This document shows positions 26,733-37,787 of a stretch of 64,000 bases of DNA, piece by piece. Numbering within the stretch: the stretch's first letter is position 1; each line of letters begins with the position of its first letter. Position numbers and translations under genes: made by a program. Below the pieces are notes generated by a model that did not search any database, was not told where the DNA came from, and saw nothing but the letters and a program-made list of their open reading frames with translations. Source of the DNA: a virus; the IMG/VR virus record IMGVR_UViG_3300045971_000208, positions 4,676-68,675 of that record; one strand, written 5' to 3'.

Positions 26733-29700
26733 GTGGCGGATATCAGTCTCTCATTTTCAGCTGAAGGTGGTATCAGTCTTGATGATCTTGTAGGCATTTT
26801 CACAGGAACAACGGATCCTAGTATTGCTGGTGAAACAGCTCCCCTAGGTTCGTTGTTTGTACGTCAAAATGGACAGCTATTCCAGAAAACTGGTCCTTCC
26901 GATTTGGATTGGATCAGTTTTTCACAAGGGTTGTCCGAAGCCGTTAAGATTTCATCTACTGATACAACGGCGAATTTTCTTAACTTTAAGTTATTAACAG
27001 CGCCATCCCTTGTAAAGGTCTTAGCAAACCCAAATGGTGATGAAACAATTACTCTTGACTTGTCAGATGTCGGTACTGCGGGGACATACACCCAAATTAC
27101 TACTGATGCTAAGGGACGAGTAATTAGTGGTACCAACCCTGGATTCCTTACACAGAATAACCAAATTACTATTAGCGGTGACGCTACTGGTATAGGTCAA
27201 ACTACAATTTCTCTTACGCTTGTAGATACAGGCGTAGTAGCTGGTTCATACGATGCAGCTACAATCACTGTTGACTCTAAAGGTAGAATTACTAGCGCAT
27301 CTGGTGGTGTAGCTGGTGGTGCAATGACGGCACTTTATAATGCGTCAACTGGTTCTCAAGTTATTGCCGCTCCTGGCAATGGCAAAATTAGATGGAACAC
27401 TGTTACTCAGATTAATGCTACGCATATTATTATTGCAGCATTAACAAATAACAGCCTTGACATCTCTCCTTATCTTGCTACGATTGTTGCTAATACAGTC
27501 CTATGGATACAAGATAAAACGAATTCCCAAAACTATCAACGCTGGTTAGTTGATAGTGTAACTGCTCATACCGGTTGGTATGACTATGGCGTCACGCTAC
27601 TAGATTCTTCTGGTGTTCAGTTCGTAAATAACAGATCACTTGCAGTTAATTTTAACTTCGCTGGTTCTTCAGCATCGGTTACTTCTATAGCACTTGATGC
27701 ACCAGTAGCAGGTATTTCTGTAGCTGGTTCGCCAATTTCAACCTCTGGTACATTCACACTTGCATTAGAGAATGATCTTGCTGCAGTTGAAGGTCTATCT
27801 ACTTTAGGTATTGCAGCCCGTACAGCAATTGATACTTGGACTACACGCACTATTAATGGGACTACAAATAGAGTTGTAGTTACAAATAGTGATGGCATTG
27901 CCGGTAGCCCAACTATTGATATTGATTCTGCATATCTAGGTCAATCTTCTATAAGCACAGTAGGAACAATTACTACTGGCGTTTGGAATGGTACCGTTGT
28001 ATCAACTGAATTTGGTGGTACTGGCCGTAGCACTATTGGTAATCCTAACACCCTTCTTGGCGTTACAACTACCGGAACAGAATTAGAATATAAAGAGCTG
28101 ATTGGTGGTACTGGTATCACTGTTAACCCAACACCTCAACAAATTGTTATTACAAATGCTGGTGTTGTAAAGATTACGGGGACAGCGAATCAAGTTTCAG
28201 TAACTCCTACGTTGGGTACTGGTTATGTAACTCTTGCTCTTCCACAGAATATTGATTCTACAGCATCACCAATATTTACTAAAGTAACTGTTGCTACAGA
28301 TCCAACACAGCCATACCAACTTGCCACTAAGCATTATGTTGATAATGCTATCCAAGGTTTGCAAGTCAAAGGTGCAGTTCGTGCAGCTACAACGTCTGAT
28401 ATTGTCCTTAGTGGTGAACAAACTGTTGATGGTATTGCTCTTGTAACTGGCGATAGAGTTCTTGTTAAGAATCAAAGTGCTGCTCAAAGCAATGGTATCT
28501 ACATTGTTGATGTAGCTTCTTGGACCCGGGCTTTAGACCTTGATGTATGGACTGAAGTTCCAGCATCATTCACTTTCGTTGAAGAAGGCGATTCACTTCA
28601 AGACACTGGATGGATTTCTACTGCTAATGCTGGTGGTACATTAGATACAACAGCTATTACTTGGGTACAATTCAGCTCAGCTGGTATTATCCAAGCAGGT
28701 ACAGGTCTTACAAAGATTGGTAATACAGTTTCTATTACCAACACTTCAGTTACTCCTGGAGCTAGCTACAATAACTTCACAGTAAATGCGCAAGGTCAAG
28801 TAACCTTTGCATCTACTATTCCTTACTTAACCAATAACCAAACAGTTGTTCTTGGTGGAGATGTTAGTGGTAGTGGTGCAAATGCTATTACAACAACTCT
28901 TGCATTAACCGGTGTTGGAGCAGGCACTTATACTTCTGTCACAGTAGATACTAAGGGTCGAGTAACTGCTGGTACAAATCCAAATACATTAGCTGGCTAT
29001 GGTATTACAGATGCTCAGCCGCTAAATTCTTATCTTACTGCAGTCACAGGACTTTCAGTAAATGGTTTCGTTATTAAAGGCGGCGACCTTGCATTCTCTC
29101 GTTCTATAGTTGCTGGATCTTCTAAAGTTGTAGTTGTCGATGGTGATGGTATTCTTGGTAATCCAACAATAGATGTAGTAGAAGCAAATCTAACTCTCAA
29201 TAATATTGGTGGTACTTTAGGCATCACAAAGGGTGGTACAAATCTAACTACTCTTGGAACTTCTAATCAAGTTCTTGCTGTTAATGTTGCTGCAACTGGT
29301 TTAGAATACAAGACCTTCACTGGCACTCACATCACCGTCACATCTACTGACAGTGAAATCAATTTTGAGACAGTCAATAATGGTACCGTAACTTCCATTG
29401 ACGTTCTTGGCTCAACAGGAATTGCTTCTGTTGGTGGACCAATTACTTCTTCTGGAACTATTCAGCTTACTTTAGGTACTGAACTTCAAGCTCTTGACGG
29501 TCTTAGTACATTGGGTTTCGTAACTCGCACAGCTTCTGGAACTTATACAACACGCTCTGTAGTTTCTGGTGCTAGCACTATTAACATTACCAATCCGATA
29601 GGTGCAGTTGGTAATATTGGATTAGACCTAGCAACAGTTGGAACCGCTGGAAATTATTACAAAGTTACAACTGATATTTTTGGTCGCGTAACTTCTGGTG

Positions 29701-30611
29701 CTGCTAATGTTCCTTGGTCCGTGATCAACCTTACTCCATCTACACTAGGTGGATATGGAATTACAGATGCACAGCCTATTAACACCATCCTAACTGGGGT
29801 TATAAATTCTCCATTATCTGGATTGATGGTAAAGAATGGTACAAGCGGAGTTATTCGTACTATAGTAGCAACAACTCCAAAGATTGTTGTAACTAATGGT
29901 GATGGTGTAGCAGGAAATCCTTCTATTGATCTAGGTGCAGTTAATCTTGGTGACCTTGCTAATACAGTAGTTCCTTCTCCAGCTACAGGTGACTCACTCG
30001 TATTCGATGGTACGAACTGGATAAATGGTTCTGTTACTCCTAAGCTTTATGCTGAGCATCACATCTCCGAAGTTCCTCCAGTTGCCACAGGAATCAATTC
30101 AATTGCTTTAGGTTCTGCAGCAGATGCAGCAGCCCATGATTCGGTTGCCATTGGCGTACAATCTCTTTCCAGATTGCCAGGTATAACACAGGCTAATGGC
30201 CGCTTTGCAACCCAAGGTGATGCACAGGCAGGTAAATATCTTCTTAGAACAGGAACTATCAATGCATTCCCTGCAGAGATGTTCTTAGATGGAACTAACG
30301 GTTCAGAAAGATTACAACTTACTTCTGACATGACATGGGTCTGGGAAGTAACTATTATTGCACATAGAACAGACAGTTCAGATCATGCAGGTTTCAAACT
30401 TAAGGGTGTAACTTACTGCGGTGCATCACTAAATAGTATTACTATGCTAGGGACACCTACAAAGGAAATCTTGGCTCGCAGTGACTCTTCATGGGATGTA
30501 TCAGCTTCGGTTGATCCAACTCAAGGGTCTCTAAAATTGACAGTTACAGGTGCTACAGGACAATCGATTAGATGGTTCGCTGTAGTAGAAACAACAGAAG
30601 TTACAAATTAA
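26733..30611 (+). CDS. large fibre protein (1292 aa)
   Basis: Thr/Gly-rich; repeated VTVD.KGRV; GDRVLVKNQ module; C-terminus paralogous to 30625. Confidence 0.85.
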   Translation: MADISLSFSAEGGISLDDLVGIFTGTTDPSIAGETAPLGSLFVRQNGQLFQKTGPSDLDWISFSQGLSEAVKISSTDTTANFLNFKLLTAPSLVKVLANPNGDETITLDLSDVGTAGTYTQITTDAKGRVISGTNPGFLTQNNQITISGDATGIGQTTISLTLVDTGVVAGSYDAATITVDSKGRITSASGGVAGGAMTALYNASTGSQVIAAPGNGKIRWNTVTQINATHIIIAALTNNSLDISPYLATIVANTVLWIQDKTNSQNYQRWLVDSVTAHTGWYDYGVTLLDSSGVQFVNNRSLAVNFNFAGSSASVTSIALDAPVAGISVAGSPISTSGTFTLALENDLAAVEGLSTLGIAARTAIDTWTTRTINGTTNRVVVTNSDGIAGSPTIDIDSAYLGQSSISTVGTITTGVWNGTVVSTEFGGTGRSTIGNPNTLLGVTTTGTELEYKELIGGTGITVNPTPQQIVITNAGVVKITGTANQVSVTPTLGTGYVTLALPQNIDSTASPIFTKVTVATDPTQPYQLATKHYVDNAIQGLQVKGAVRAATTSDIVLSGEQTVDGIALVTGDRVLVKNQSAAQSNGIYIVDVASWTRALDLDVWTEVPASFTFVEEGDSLQDTGWISTANAGGTLDTTAITWVQFSSAGIIQAGTGLTKIGNTVSITNTSVTPGASYNNFTVNAQGQVTFASTIPYLTNNQTVVLGGDVSGSGANAITTTLALTGVGAGTYTSVTVDTKGRVTAGTNPNTLAGYGITDAQPLNSYLTAVTGLSVNGFVIKGGDLAFSRSIVAGSSKVVVVDGDGILGNPTIDVVEANLTLNNIGGTLGITKGGTNLTTLGTSNQVLAVNVAATGLEYKTFTGTHITVTSTDSEINFETVNNGTVTSIDVLGSTGIASVGGPITSSGTIQLTLGTELQALDGLSTLGFVTRTASGTYTTRSVVSGASTINITNPIGAVGNIGLDLATVGTAGNYYKVTTDIFGRVTSGAANVPWSVINLTPSTLGGYGITDAQPINTILTGVINSPLSGLMVKNGTSGVIRTIVATTPKIVVTNGDGVAGNPSIDLGAVNLGDLANTVVPSPATGDSLVFDGTNWINGSVTPKLYAEHHISEVPPVATGINSIALGSAADAAAHDSVAIGVQSLSRLPGITQANGRFATQGDAQAGKYLLRTGTINAFPAEMFLDGTNGSERLQLTSDMTWVWEVTIIAHRTDSSDHAGFKLKGVTYCGASLNSITMLGTPTKEILARSDSSWDVSASVDPTQGSLKLTVTGATGQSIRWFAVVETTEVTN

Positions 30612-30624
30612 AGGGAGTTCTTAA

Positions 30625-33219
30625 ATGGATTTTAATCATGACACCGGTACGATTCTTACTGGTCTACAAACACTTGACGTAACCACAACTCCTCCTCTTG
30701 GTGGTGTAGCTGGTGTTCTTTCAATCATTGGTACTGGTGCTGTTGTTCTAACAGCTGGTACCACCGCACAACGTCCAGCTGGTGTTGTTGGCGCTTTGCG
30801 CTATAACACAGATGCATCTGACCTTGAATACTATAATGGCACAGCTTGGGTTCAGCAAACCGGTGGTACAGTAACTTCTATCGCTGCTACTGGTTCAACC
30901 GGTCTTACAGTTGGTGGTTCCCCAATCACTTCATCTGGTACTCTTACATTCACTTTAGCTTCAATCCTTTCAAGCTTGTCTTCATTGGCAACTTCTGGTT
31001 TGACAGTTAATAATGCTGGTGTTATCTCTGCTGTAACAATTACTGGTACTGCTGGTAATGTTGTTGTCACAAACGGTTCTGGTACTGCTGGTGCTCCAAC
31101 TATTAACCTTGCAACTGCTGGTACTCCAGTAACAGGTTTCTTTGGTCAAGTTACAACTGATACATTTGGTCGCGTAACTGCTACAGCAGCTGCTACTTCG
31201 GCTAACATCACAACTGCTCTTGGTTATACTCCAGTTAATAAAGTTGGTGATACAATGGGCGGCATCCTCAACATGGGTGGTTTCGTTATCTCTAACGTTG
31301 GTACTCCAGTTGCTGGTACAGACGCTGCTAACAAGAATTACATTGACCAAGCTATTGCTGGTCTTTCTTGGAAGCAAGAAGTTGCAGTTGCAACTACTGG
31401 TAACATTACTCTTTCAGGTCTTCAAGCTATCGACGGTTACACAACTATCGCTGGTGATCGCGTCCTTGTTAAGAACCAAACTACTGGCTCTCAGAACGGT
31501 ATCTACATTGCAGCAGCTGGTGCATGGACCCGCTCTACAGATGCTGACCTTGCTACTGAACTTGTTGGCGCAGCAGTTTATATTACTCAAGGCACATCAC
31601 AAGCAGATACAGGCTGGACGCAAACTGTAGACACCATCACTCTTGGCACTACATCACTTGTATGGTCTCAGTTCTCCGGTTCAAATACATACGTTGCAGG
31701 TGCTGGTCTTACTCTTACAGGTAACTCCTTCGCAATCACTGCTCCAGTATCTATCGCTCTTGGTGGTACCGGTCTTACAACAACTCCAGCAAATGGTGCT
31801 CTTGATATCGGTAACGGTACAGGCTTCACACGTACGACTCTTACAGCTGGTACTGGTGTTTCAGTTACTAACGCTGCTGGTTCTATCACACTTGCAAATA
31901 CTGGTGTAACAGCTCTTACAACTAACACTGGTCTTTCAGCTAACGTATCTGCTACAGGTGCTGTAACTGTTACCAACACTGGTGCTCTTTCTGTTGCTGG
32001 TACAGCTAACCAAGTTCTTGTAAACGGTACTTCTGGTGCTGCAACAACTGGTGTTCTTACACTTACATTGCCACAAGCAATTGCAACAACATCTTCTCCA
32101 ACTTTCGCTAACATCACTGACTCTGCTTTGACAGCTAATGGTCATGTTTATGCTGGTGTAGGTGGTCTTCTTTCTTCCACTGCTGCTGGTACAAACGGAC
32201 AGATCCTTATCAGCTCAACAGGTGGTGCTCCAGTTCTTGCTACAATCACTGGTACAGCATCTCAAATTGGCGTAACTAATGCTGCCGGTTCTATCACTCT
32301 TACCAACCTTGGTGTTCTATCCAATGTTGCTGGTGCTGGTATTTCTGTATCTGGCGCAACTGGTAACGTTACTATCGCTAACACTGGTGTTACATCCATT
32401 GTTGCTGGTACTGGAATCTCTATCTCTGGTGCTACAGGTGCAGTCACAGTTAACAACACTGGCGTTACTTCTGTTGCTCTTGCTCTTCCAGCTATCTTCA
32501 CAGTTTCTGGTTCTCCAGTTACAACGACAGGTACCTTGACTGCAGCTCTTGCTACTCAAACTGCTAACACAGTATTCGCAGCTCCTAATGGTTCAACAGG
32601 TGCTCCTACATTCCGTGCTCTTGCATATGCTGATCTTCCAATCAAGTTGTATGTAGAAAATCCATCTACTCCTACAGCTCCTACAGCTGCTGGTGCTAAT
32701 GCAGTTGCTATCGGTTCTGGAGCTTCAGCTTCTGCAGCTAACTCTGTAGCAGTTGGTGCTGGTTCTTCTGCAACTCTTGCTGGTTCATTCGCTACAGCTG
32801 GTGGTTCATTCGCTACAGCTGGTGATGCTCAAGAAGTTGATGCTCTTCTTCGCAACATTACAACTACTGCAACAGCAACCGAATTGTTCCTTGACGGTAC
32901 AGCAGGAACTCAGCGTTTTGTTCTTCCTAACAACTCTGCAGCATCATTCACAATCTTGGTAACAGCACGTCGTACTGATGCTACTGGTGGTGCAGCTGGT
33001 TATAAGTTTGAAGGTAACATCCGTAAGGATACAACTTCAGCTTCTACAGCTCTTACTGGTACTCCAACTAAGAACGTACTTGGTGAAACAAACGTTGGTT
33101 GGGATTGCAGCGTATCAGCTGATACAACAAACGGCTCTATCAAGGTCACAGTAACTGGCGAAGCAGCTAAGACAATCCGTTGGGTTGCTTCTGTTAAGGC
33201 AGTAATCGTAACTAACTAA
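30625..33219 (+). CDS. large fibre protein (864 aa)
   Basis: GTTAQRP...RYNT module, GDRVLVKNQ module, NTGVTS repeats, YadA-head-like A.AIG repeats. Confidence 0.85.
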   Translation: MDFNHDTGTILTGLQTLDVTTTPPLGGVAGVLSIIGTGAVVLTAGTTAQRPAGVVGALRYNTDASDLEYYNGTAWVQQTGGTVTSIAATGSTGLTVGGSPITSSGTLTFTLASILSSLSSLATSGLTVNNAGVISAVTITGTAGNVVVTNGSGTAGAPTINLATAGTPVTGFFGQVTTDTFGRVTATAAATSANITTALGYTPVNKVGDTMGGILNMGGFVISNVGTPVAGTDAANKNYIDQAIAGLSWKQEVAVATTGNITLSGLQAIDGYTTIAGDRVLVKNQTTGSQNGIYIAAAGAWTRSTDADLATELVGAAVYITQGTSQADTGWTQTVDTITLGTTSLVWSQFSGSNTYVAGAGLTLTGNSFAITAPVSIALGGTGLTTTPANGALDIGNGTGFTRTTLTAGTGVSVTNAAGSITLANTGVTALTTNTGLSANVSATGAVTVTNTGALSVAGTANQVLVNGTSGAATTGVLTLTLPQAIATTSSPTFANITDSALTANGHVYAGVGGLLSSTAAGTNGQILISSTGGAPVLATITGTASQIGVTNAAGSITLTNLGVLSNVAGAGISVSGATGNVTIANTGVTSIVAGTGISISGATGAVTVNNTGVTSVALALPAIFTVSGSPVTTTGTLTAALATQTANTVFAAPNGSTGAPTFRALAYADLPIKLYVENPSTPTAPTAAGANAVAIGSGASASAANSVAVGAGSSATLAGSFATAGGSFATAGDAQEVDALLRNITTTATATELFLDGTAGTQRFVLPNNSAASFTILVTARRTDATGGAAGYKFEGNIRKDTTSASTALTGTPTKNVLGETNVGWDCSVSADTTNGSIKVTVTGEAAKTIRWVASVKAVIVTN

Positions 33220-33231
33220 TAGGAAGTAAAA

Positions 33232-34677
33232 GTGGAATTTGACCACAGCTTTGAAGTAATCTACCCTTGGACAACAGGGGTAGATTCAATTACCTTAGGC
33301 GGAACAGCTGGTGTTAATATCCCAGCTGGTGCTACTGCGAGCAGATCATCTGCTCCTGTTGCTGGTTCCACTCGTATCAATACTGATACTTCTCAATTAG
33401 AATACTATACTGGTTCTGCGTGGTTGTCACATGGTGCTATTGCTGCTGGAACTGGTATCGCTATCAACACAGTGAGTGGTGTTTCAACCATCTCATCGTC
33501 TGGTGGTTCTGTTACATCGGTAGGATTATCTTTACCATCAATTTTTACTGTTAGTGGTACGCCTGTTACTTCAACCGGCACGCTAACAGCTTCGCTTACA
33601 TCCCAAGGAGTTAATACCGTTCTTGCTGCTCCTTCGGGAGCAGCAGGCACTCCAACATTCAGAACGATTGGTCTTGCGACTGGTGATCTAAATGATGTGA
33701 CTATTACTGGAGCTGCTGCAGGTCAAGTGCTTTCATATAATGGGTCAAAATGGATTAATGCCGCCGCTGCGGGCGGGTCGGGTGCTGGCAGCGCAAGTGG
33801 TTTAGTTGGTTTTGGTCAGACAGGTGTCTATGCATGGACACTATTATCTGGCACGACTTACTATGCAGACTTCCCGCACAACCTAGGTACTTACAGTGTG
33901 GTTGTAACCATATTCGACAGTTCAACCAACATTGTTGTGCAGGCCGATATGGTCACATTGACATCTAATAACAATGTTAGAGTTCAAGTTACTGGCAATT
34001 CTAGAACACTTAGAGTTGTAGTCGTATCCTTTGGTTCAACAATCACGGGTGTTGCTACTCCGTCAGCTGTTATCACCCAGATGGGTGGCGTACAAGTTAG
34101 TGCAGCAGCTACTACATTGAACTTTACTGGGCAAGCTGTTAAAGTTTCTGATGCTGGTTCAGGTACAACCAATATTTCTATTGGTGCCCGCTACACTTAC
34201 TTTGCTAACTCATTAGACTCTGTTAATAGTGCTGATTTTGCTGTGAATGGATTATCCCCTGTTACGACTGACCCATTGAGCCCAGCATTTAACGTTCGTT
34301 CATTCTTGAACACTGCTGAAACTGGTGTAGGTCTTATGTGTTCCATTCCGCAAGGAGCTACACAGCTTACATTACGTTTGAAAGGTAGACCGGCTACTGC
34401 TCCTGTTGCTTCTTCAGTTGTTATGTTCAAGCTGTACAATCGTTTGATCTCAAGTGGCGCATCAATGGGTGCATGGTCTGGCACTAACTTAGCTAATAAC
34501 GTTATTCCAACAAATGCTTTCTTCCAGTACTTCAATCAAACGCTTTCATTAGCTACTCTTGGATTGACTGCTGGCAATCTTTACCAATTTGAAATTACTA
34601 GACCTACAACGGGTTTCACTGGTACAAACTTACCTTACGCATTCTTATTAGCGGAGATTACTCTGGAGTTCTCTTAA
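33232..34677 (+). CDS. fibre/structural protein
   Basis: N-terminus paralogous to 30625; shares the VTSV.L.LP.IFTVSG.PVT module. Confidence 0.8.
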   Translation: MEFDHSFEVIYPWTTGVDSITLGGTAGVNIPAGATASRSSAPVAGSTRINTDTSQLEYYTGSAWLSHGAIAAGTGIAINTVSGVSTISSSGGSVTSVGLSLPSIFTVSGTPVTSTGTLTASLTSQGVNTVLAAPSGAAGTPTFRTIGLATGDLNDVTITGAAAGQVLSYNGSKWINAAAAGGSGAGSASGLVGFGQTGVYAWTLLSGTTYYADFPHNLGTYSVVVTIFDSSTNIVVQADMVTLTSNNNVRVQVTGNSRTLRVVVVSFGSTITGVATPSAVITQMGGVQVSAAATTLNFTGQAVKVSDAGSGTTNISIGARYTYFANSLDSVNSADFAVNGLSPVTTDPLSPAFNVRSFLNTAETGVGLMCSIPQGATQLTLRLKGRPATAPVASSVVMFKLYNRLISSGASMGAWSGTNLANNVIPTNAFFQYFNQTLSLATLGLTAGNLYQFEITRPTTGFTGTNLPYAFLLAEITLEFS

Positions 34678-34678
34678 A

Positions 34679-35395
34679 ATGGCTATTAAGCTCAATGCTT
34701 CTAATTCGCACATGTATGTTTCTGGAGCAAATTTTTCCGCATCCACCAGTCCATACACTATTAATGTTTGGATAAATGCAAACTGGAATGGTGGCACAGT
34801 AGCAAGCTTTGTTGGCATGTACAATGGCGTACCATTAACAGGAACTCCTACAACAGGTTTGCAAATTGGAACTAGAAACGGTGCAGGTGATGTAGCTATT
34901 TGGACATACGGTGGTACCGTTTTAGTTACTAGTGCTAATGCGGTCATGACTCCCTACAGTAATAAGTATGCAATGGTGACATATACTTATGATGGCACTA
35001 CACACAGATTATATCTTAATGGTGTTCTATTAAATACTGGTACAGTAACTCAGCTGCCAGGTACATTCACACAGATTTTCATTAATGGCTATCCCCCAAC
35101 AGGAAATGCTAATGAGACTGCAGCATATTCTTTAGATACTTACGGTTACTACGATAGAGATTTATCAGCAGATGAACTTATTACCATCTATAATTCTGCT
35201 GGAACACGTAATGGTATTTTCTTTGGAGAGATTGTTAGGTATGAGTTTGATGAACTTGCTGAAGGTGCTACGGCAACAGCAGCAGTTGATCTTTCTGGAC
35301 ATAATAATCCGATGCTATATTCAGGAACAGGAACAGCCATCACGTATACTTACACTACTTCATATGCAGATTCAAACACAAGGCCGGTATTATGA
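34679..35395 (+). CDS. LamG/concanavalin-A-like lectin domain protein
   Basis: T...WI...VTYTYDGTTHRLYLNG...YDRDLSADEL. Confidence 0.8.
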   Translation: MAIKLNASNSHMYVSGANFSASTSPYTINVWINANWNGGTVASFVGMYNGVPLTGTPTTGLQIGTRNGAGDVAIWTYGGTVLVTSANAVMTPYSNKYAMVTYTYDGTTHRLYLNGVLLNTGTVTQLPGTFTQIFINGYPPTGNANETAAYSLDTYGYYDRDLSADELITIYNSAGTRNGIFFGEIVRYEFDELAEGATATAAVDLSGHNNPMLYSGTGTAITYTYTTSYADSNTRPVL

Positions 35396-36279
35396 CAACA
35401 GAAGTCCTAGGTAGTTATTCATTTACATCATCACCTACTATTAATGGCGATCCACTTATAGTTTCGACTAGCGGAACAGTTCCTATTATAGCTGCAGGCA
35501 TTACATCATCGCGACCTACTGCAGGTATAGTAGGTCGAATTTATATTGACACTACTACGTTGAATATTGGTAGAGATAATGGTGCATCTTGGGATACGTT
35601 GGGCGGCGGGGGTAGCGGAAGTATTACTGCTACAGCAAATGAAACATCAGTTGCTGGTTCAACAATTGGACTTGCTAATGATGCTATATTTCCTGGTACT
35701 GGTGGTGTAACATTCCCTATTGGCACTACAGCTGAGCGCCCTGTCGCTCCAAATAATGGTCAGACCCGCTGGAGTTCTACTCTTGGATATGCTGAACAGT
35801 ATAATGGCGCAGTATGGCAGCCATTAGGAAAAGTTATTCAAAATGTTACTGGTCCAGTGCCACAATCTTCTGGTACAATTACTGCTGGTATTCGCTGGAC
35901 CTTAGGTGCTACAGCACCAACTACAGCTCAAGGCTTCCAGCTTTGGACTCAGTCTGTTACTCCAGTGTCTGCAGCTTCTAAATTTATCATTCGCTGTACA
36001 CTATCTGCTTCCTATTCTACTACTAATACACCTATTTTCCTAGCAATCTTCTCTGGCACAACCTGTATTGGCATGACATTACTTTCTGCATCGTCGGTTG
36101 CCAACCAATCTGTAAATATAGCAATCAATATTTCACAGCCTTCTGTGTCTACTGCAGCGATTACATTTAGTGCTCGCTTAGGTGTTACAGCTGGTACAGG
36201 CGTTTTATATTGGAACCAAGGTGCCACAGCATTACCAGCTACAATGGTAACAGAATATGAAATAGAAGAGGTCTTATAA
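35392..36279 (+). CDS. fibre/structural protein
   Basis: Two GTTA.RP modules. Confidence 0.75.
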   Translation: MTTEVLGSYSFTSSPTINGDPLIVSTSGTVPIIAAGITSSRPTAGIVGRIYIDTTTLNIGRDNGASWDTLGGGGSGSITATANETSVAGSTIGLANDAIFPGTGGVTFPIGTTAERPVAPNNGQTRWSSTLGYAEQYNGAVWQPLGKVIQNVTGPVPQSSGTITAGIRWTLGATAPTTAQGFQLWTQSVTPVSAASKFIIRCTLSASYSTTNTPIFLAIFSGTTCIGMTLLSASSVANQSVNIAINISQPSVSTAAITFSARLGVTAGTGVLYWNQGATALPATMVTEYEIEEVL

Positions 36280-36782
36280 TGTCAGCAGCTAGTTACATTG
36301 AAGTTCTAACCCAATATTTTCCGAATGTTGGGGCAACTGCTGTTGGCTCAGCATTTGAGTACAACGACTTATTGCACGTCAATGGTGACCCTATACCTCC
36401 AAAATCAGAATTAGATCCATATCTTATAAAAGTTCTTCAAAACAATAAGTGGAAAGAAATTCAACAATATCGAGATCAGCGTAAAGTACTTGGAACATTA
36501 GTTGGAACTAAGTGGTTTAACTCAGATGACTTCTCCCGTATTCAACAATTGGGATTGGTTATGATGGGAGCAAATATGCCATCAGGCATTATGTGGAAGA
36601 CTATGGATGGTACATTCATCCTTATGACACCACAGTTAGCGCAACAGATCTTCTTTGCTGTTGCTTCGCAAGATATGACCATCTTCGGAATTGCTGAACA
36701 TCATAGACAAGTTATGATGACATCAGAACATCCAGATGTATATGATTTTTCACAAGGTTGGCCTAAAGTGTATGGAGAATAA
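36279..36782 (+). CDS. fibre assembly-like protein (DUF4376-like)
   Basis: W..I...RD...WF.SD..SR.Q...WKTMD...GWP pattern. Confidence 0.7.
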   Translation: MSAASYIEVLTQYFPNVGATAVGSAFEYNDLLHVNGDPIPPKSELDPYLIKVLQNNKWKEIQQYRDQRKVLGTLVGTKWFNSDDFSRIQQLGLVMMGANMPSGIMWKTMDGTFILMTPQLAQQIFFAVASQDMTIFGIAEHHRQVMMTSEHPDVYDFSQGWPKVYGE

Positions 36783-36784
36783 CG

Positions 36785-37420
36785 ATGCAAGAATTTCTTA
36801 GAAAATATTTCGGTGGGTTGATTAACTGGTTCTCGACTGCAGTTGGAAAAGTAAATTGGAAACAAACCCGTCAAATTACAGAAGCAGACAAAGCTACTAT
36901 CATGGCTATGTTAGAGAAGGATTACTACATTATCGCAACGCGACATGGTAATCATCTGTCAACATATGTTATTAGTTTGGCAGGTTTCATAGCTACTGGA
37001 AGATGGAGTGTCTATGGACACGTATGTATGAATCTTGAAGGCGATAATCCAGAAAAGAAAGATTTTCGCTTAGTTGAAGCAGTTGGAACAGGTTCAAAGT
37101 ATTCTACTTTTGATGAAGTCTTTGGTGATGCAGATGGTGTATGCTTGATGAAACCAAGAAGCATGACTGTTGATCATTGGACTGCTGTTCTTGACAAAGC
37201 AAAGACAGAAGTTGGTAAGCCTTACGACACGCTGTTTGACCTAGCAAATGATACTGCAGTTAGCTGTGTTGAATTGGTTAGAGATGCTCTTCAAGGCGAA
37301 CCGCATTACGCTGAAGACTTCTCTCACTTTGAGAAGATGATAAATAAGATTAAGAACTTGACTCCTCAAATGTTTAGAGATTGCCCAGACTTTTCTGTTG
37401 CGTACGAAGTAAGAAGATAA
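36785..37420 (+). CDS. permuted papain-like NlpC/P60 (YiiX/YebB-type) enzyme
   Basis: His (YGHV) precedes EA...G, VGKPYD and Cys (SCVELV). Confidence 0.8.
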   Translation: MQEFLRKYFGGLINWFSTAVGKVNWKQTRQITEADKATIMAMLEKDYYIIATRHGNHLSTYVISLAGFIATGRWSVYGHVCMNLEGDNPEKKDFRLVEAVGTGSKYSTFDEVFGDADGVCLMKPRSMTVDHWTAVLDKAKTEVGKPYDTLFDLANDTAVSCVELVRDALQGEPHYAEDFSHFEKMINKIKNLTPQMFRDCPDFSVAYEVRR

Positions 37421-37786
37421 ATGTCCATTAATGCATGCTCGATTAACGAGTACACCATCAACACCCTATGCGGTAGAAGAAGACAGGCTATCATCGATAG
37501 TCTTCGTCCTCCTGTACCTACAGTTGTTGGTGTAGGCGGACAGCAGCAGCATGTTAGACATCCTCTTCAAGCATTTAGACGAGATGTTGAGCACGAAGAT
37601 CACATTGATGTTAACACACTTGAGCATTCACATGTACAGGTTACAATTGAATTAGCAGGTCAGACATTTACGCAAACGCTACAACAGGACAATAGCGTTC
37701 CTGTCGTGTCTATCTATGCTCTTTCAGTTAGTGATAATGTTAACGAACAAGTAAATATCTCAGATATTTCAATCAAGGTCCTTTAA
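37421..37786 (+). CDS. hypothetical protein
   Basis: Coupled ORF. Confidence 0.7.
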   Translation: MSINACSINEYTINTLCGRRRQAIIDSLRPPVPTVVGVGGQQQHVRHPLQAFRRDVEHEDHIDVNTLEHSHVQVTIELAGQTFTQTLQQDNSVPVVSIYALSVSDNVNEQVNISDISIKVL

Positions 37787-37787
37787 A

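Noticed and set aside
32455-33665. Similar segments in genes 30625 and 33232 as a DGR template/variable pair
   Set aside because: Similarity is at protein level with synonymous divergence, not adenine-specific; no reverse transcriptase in the window.
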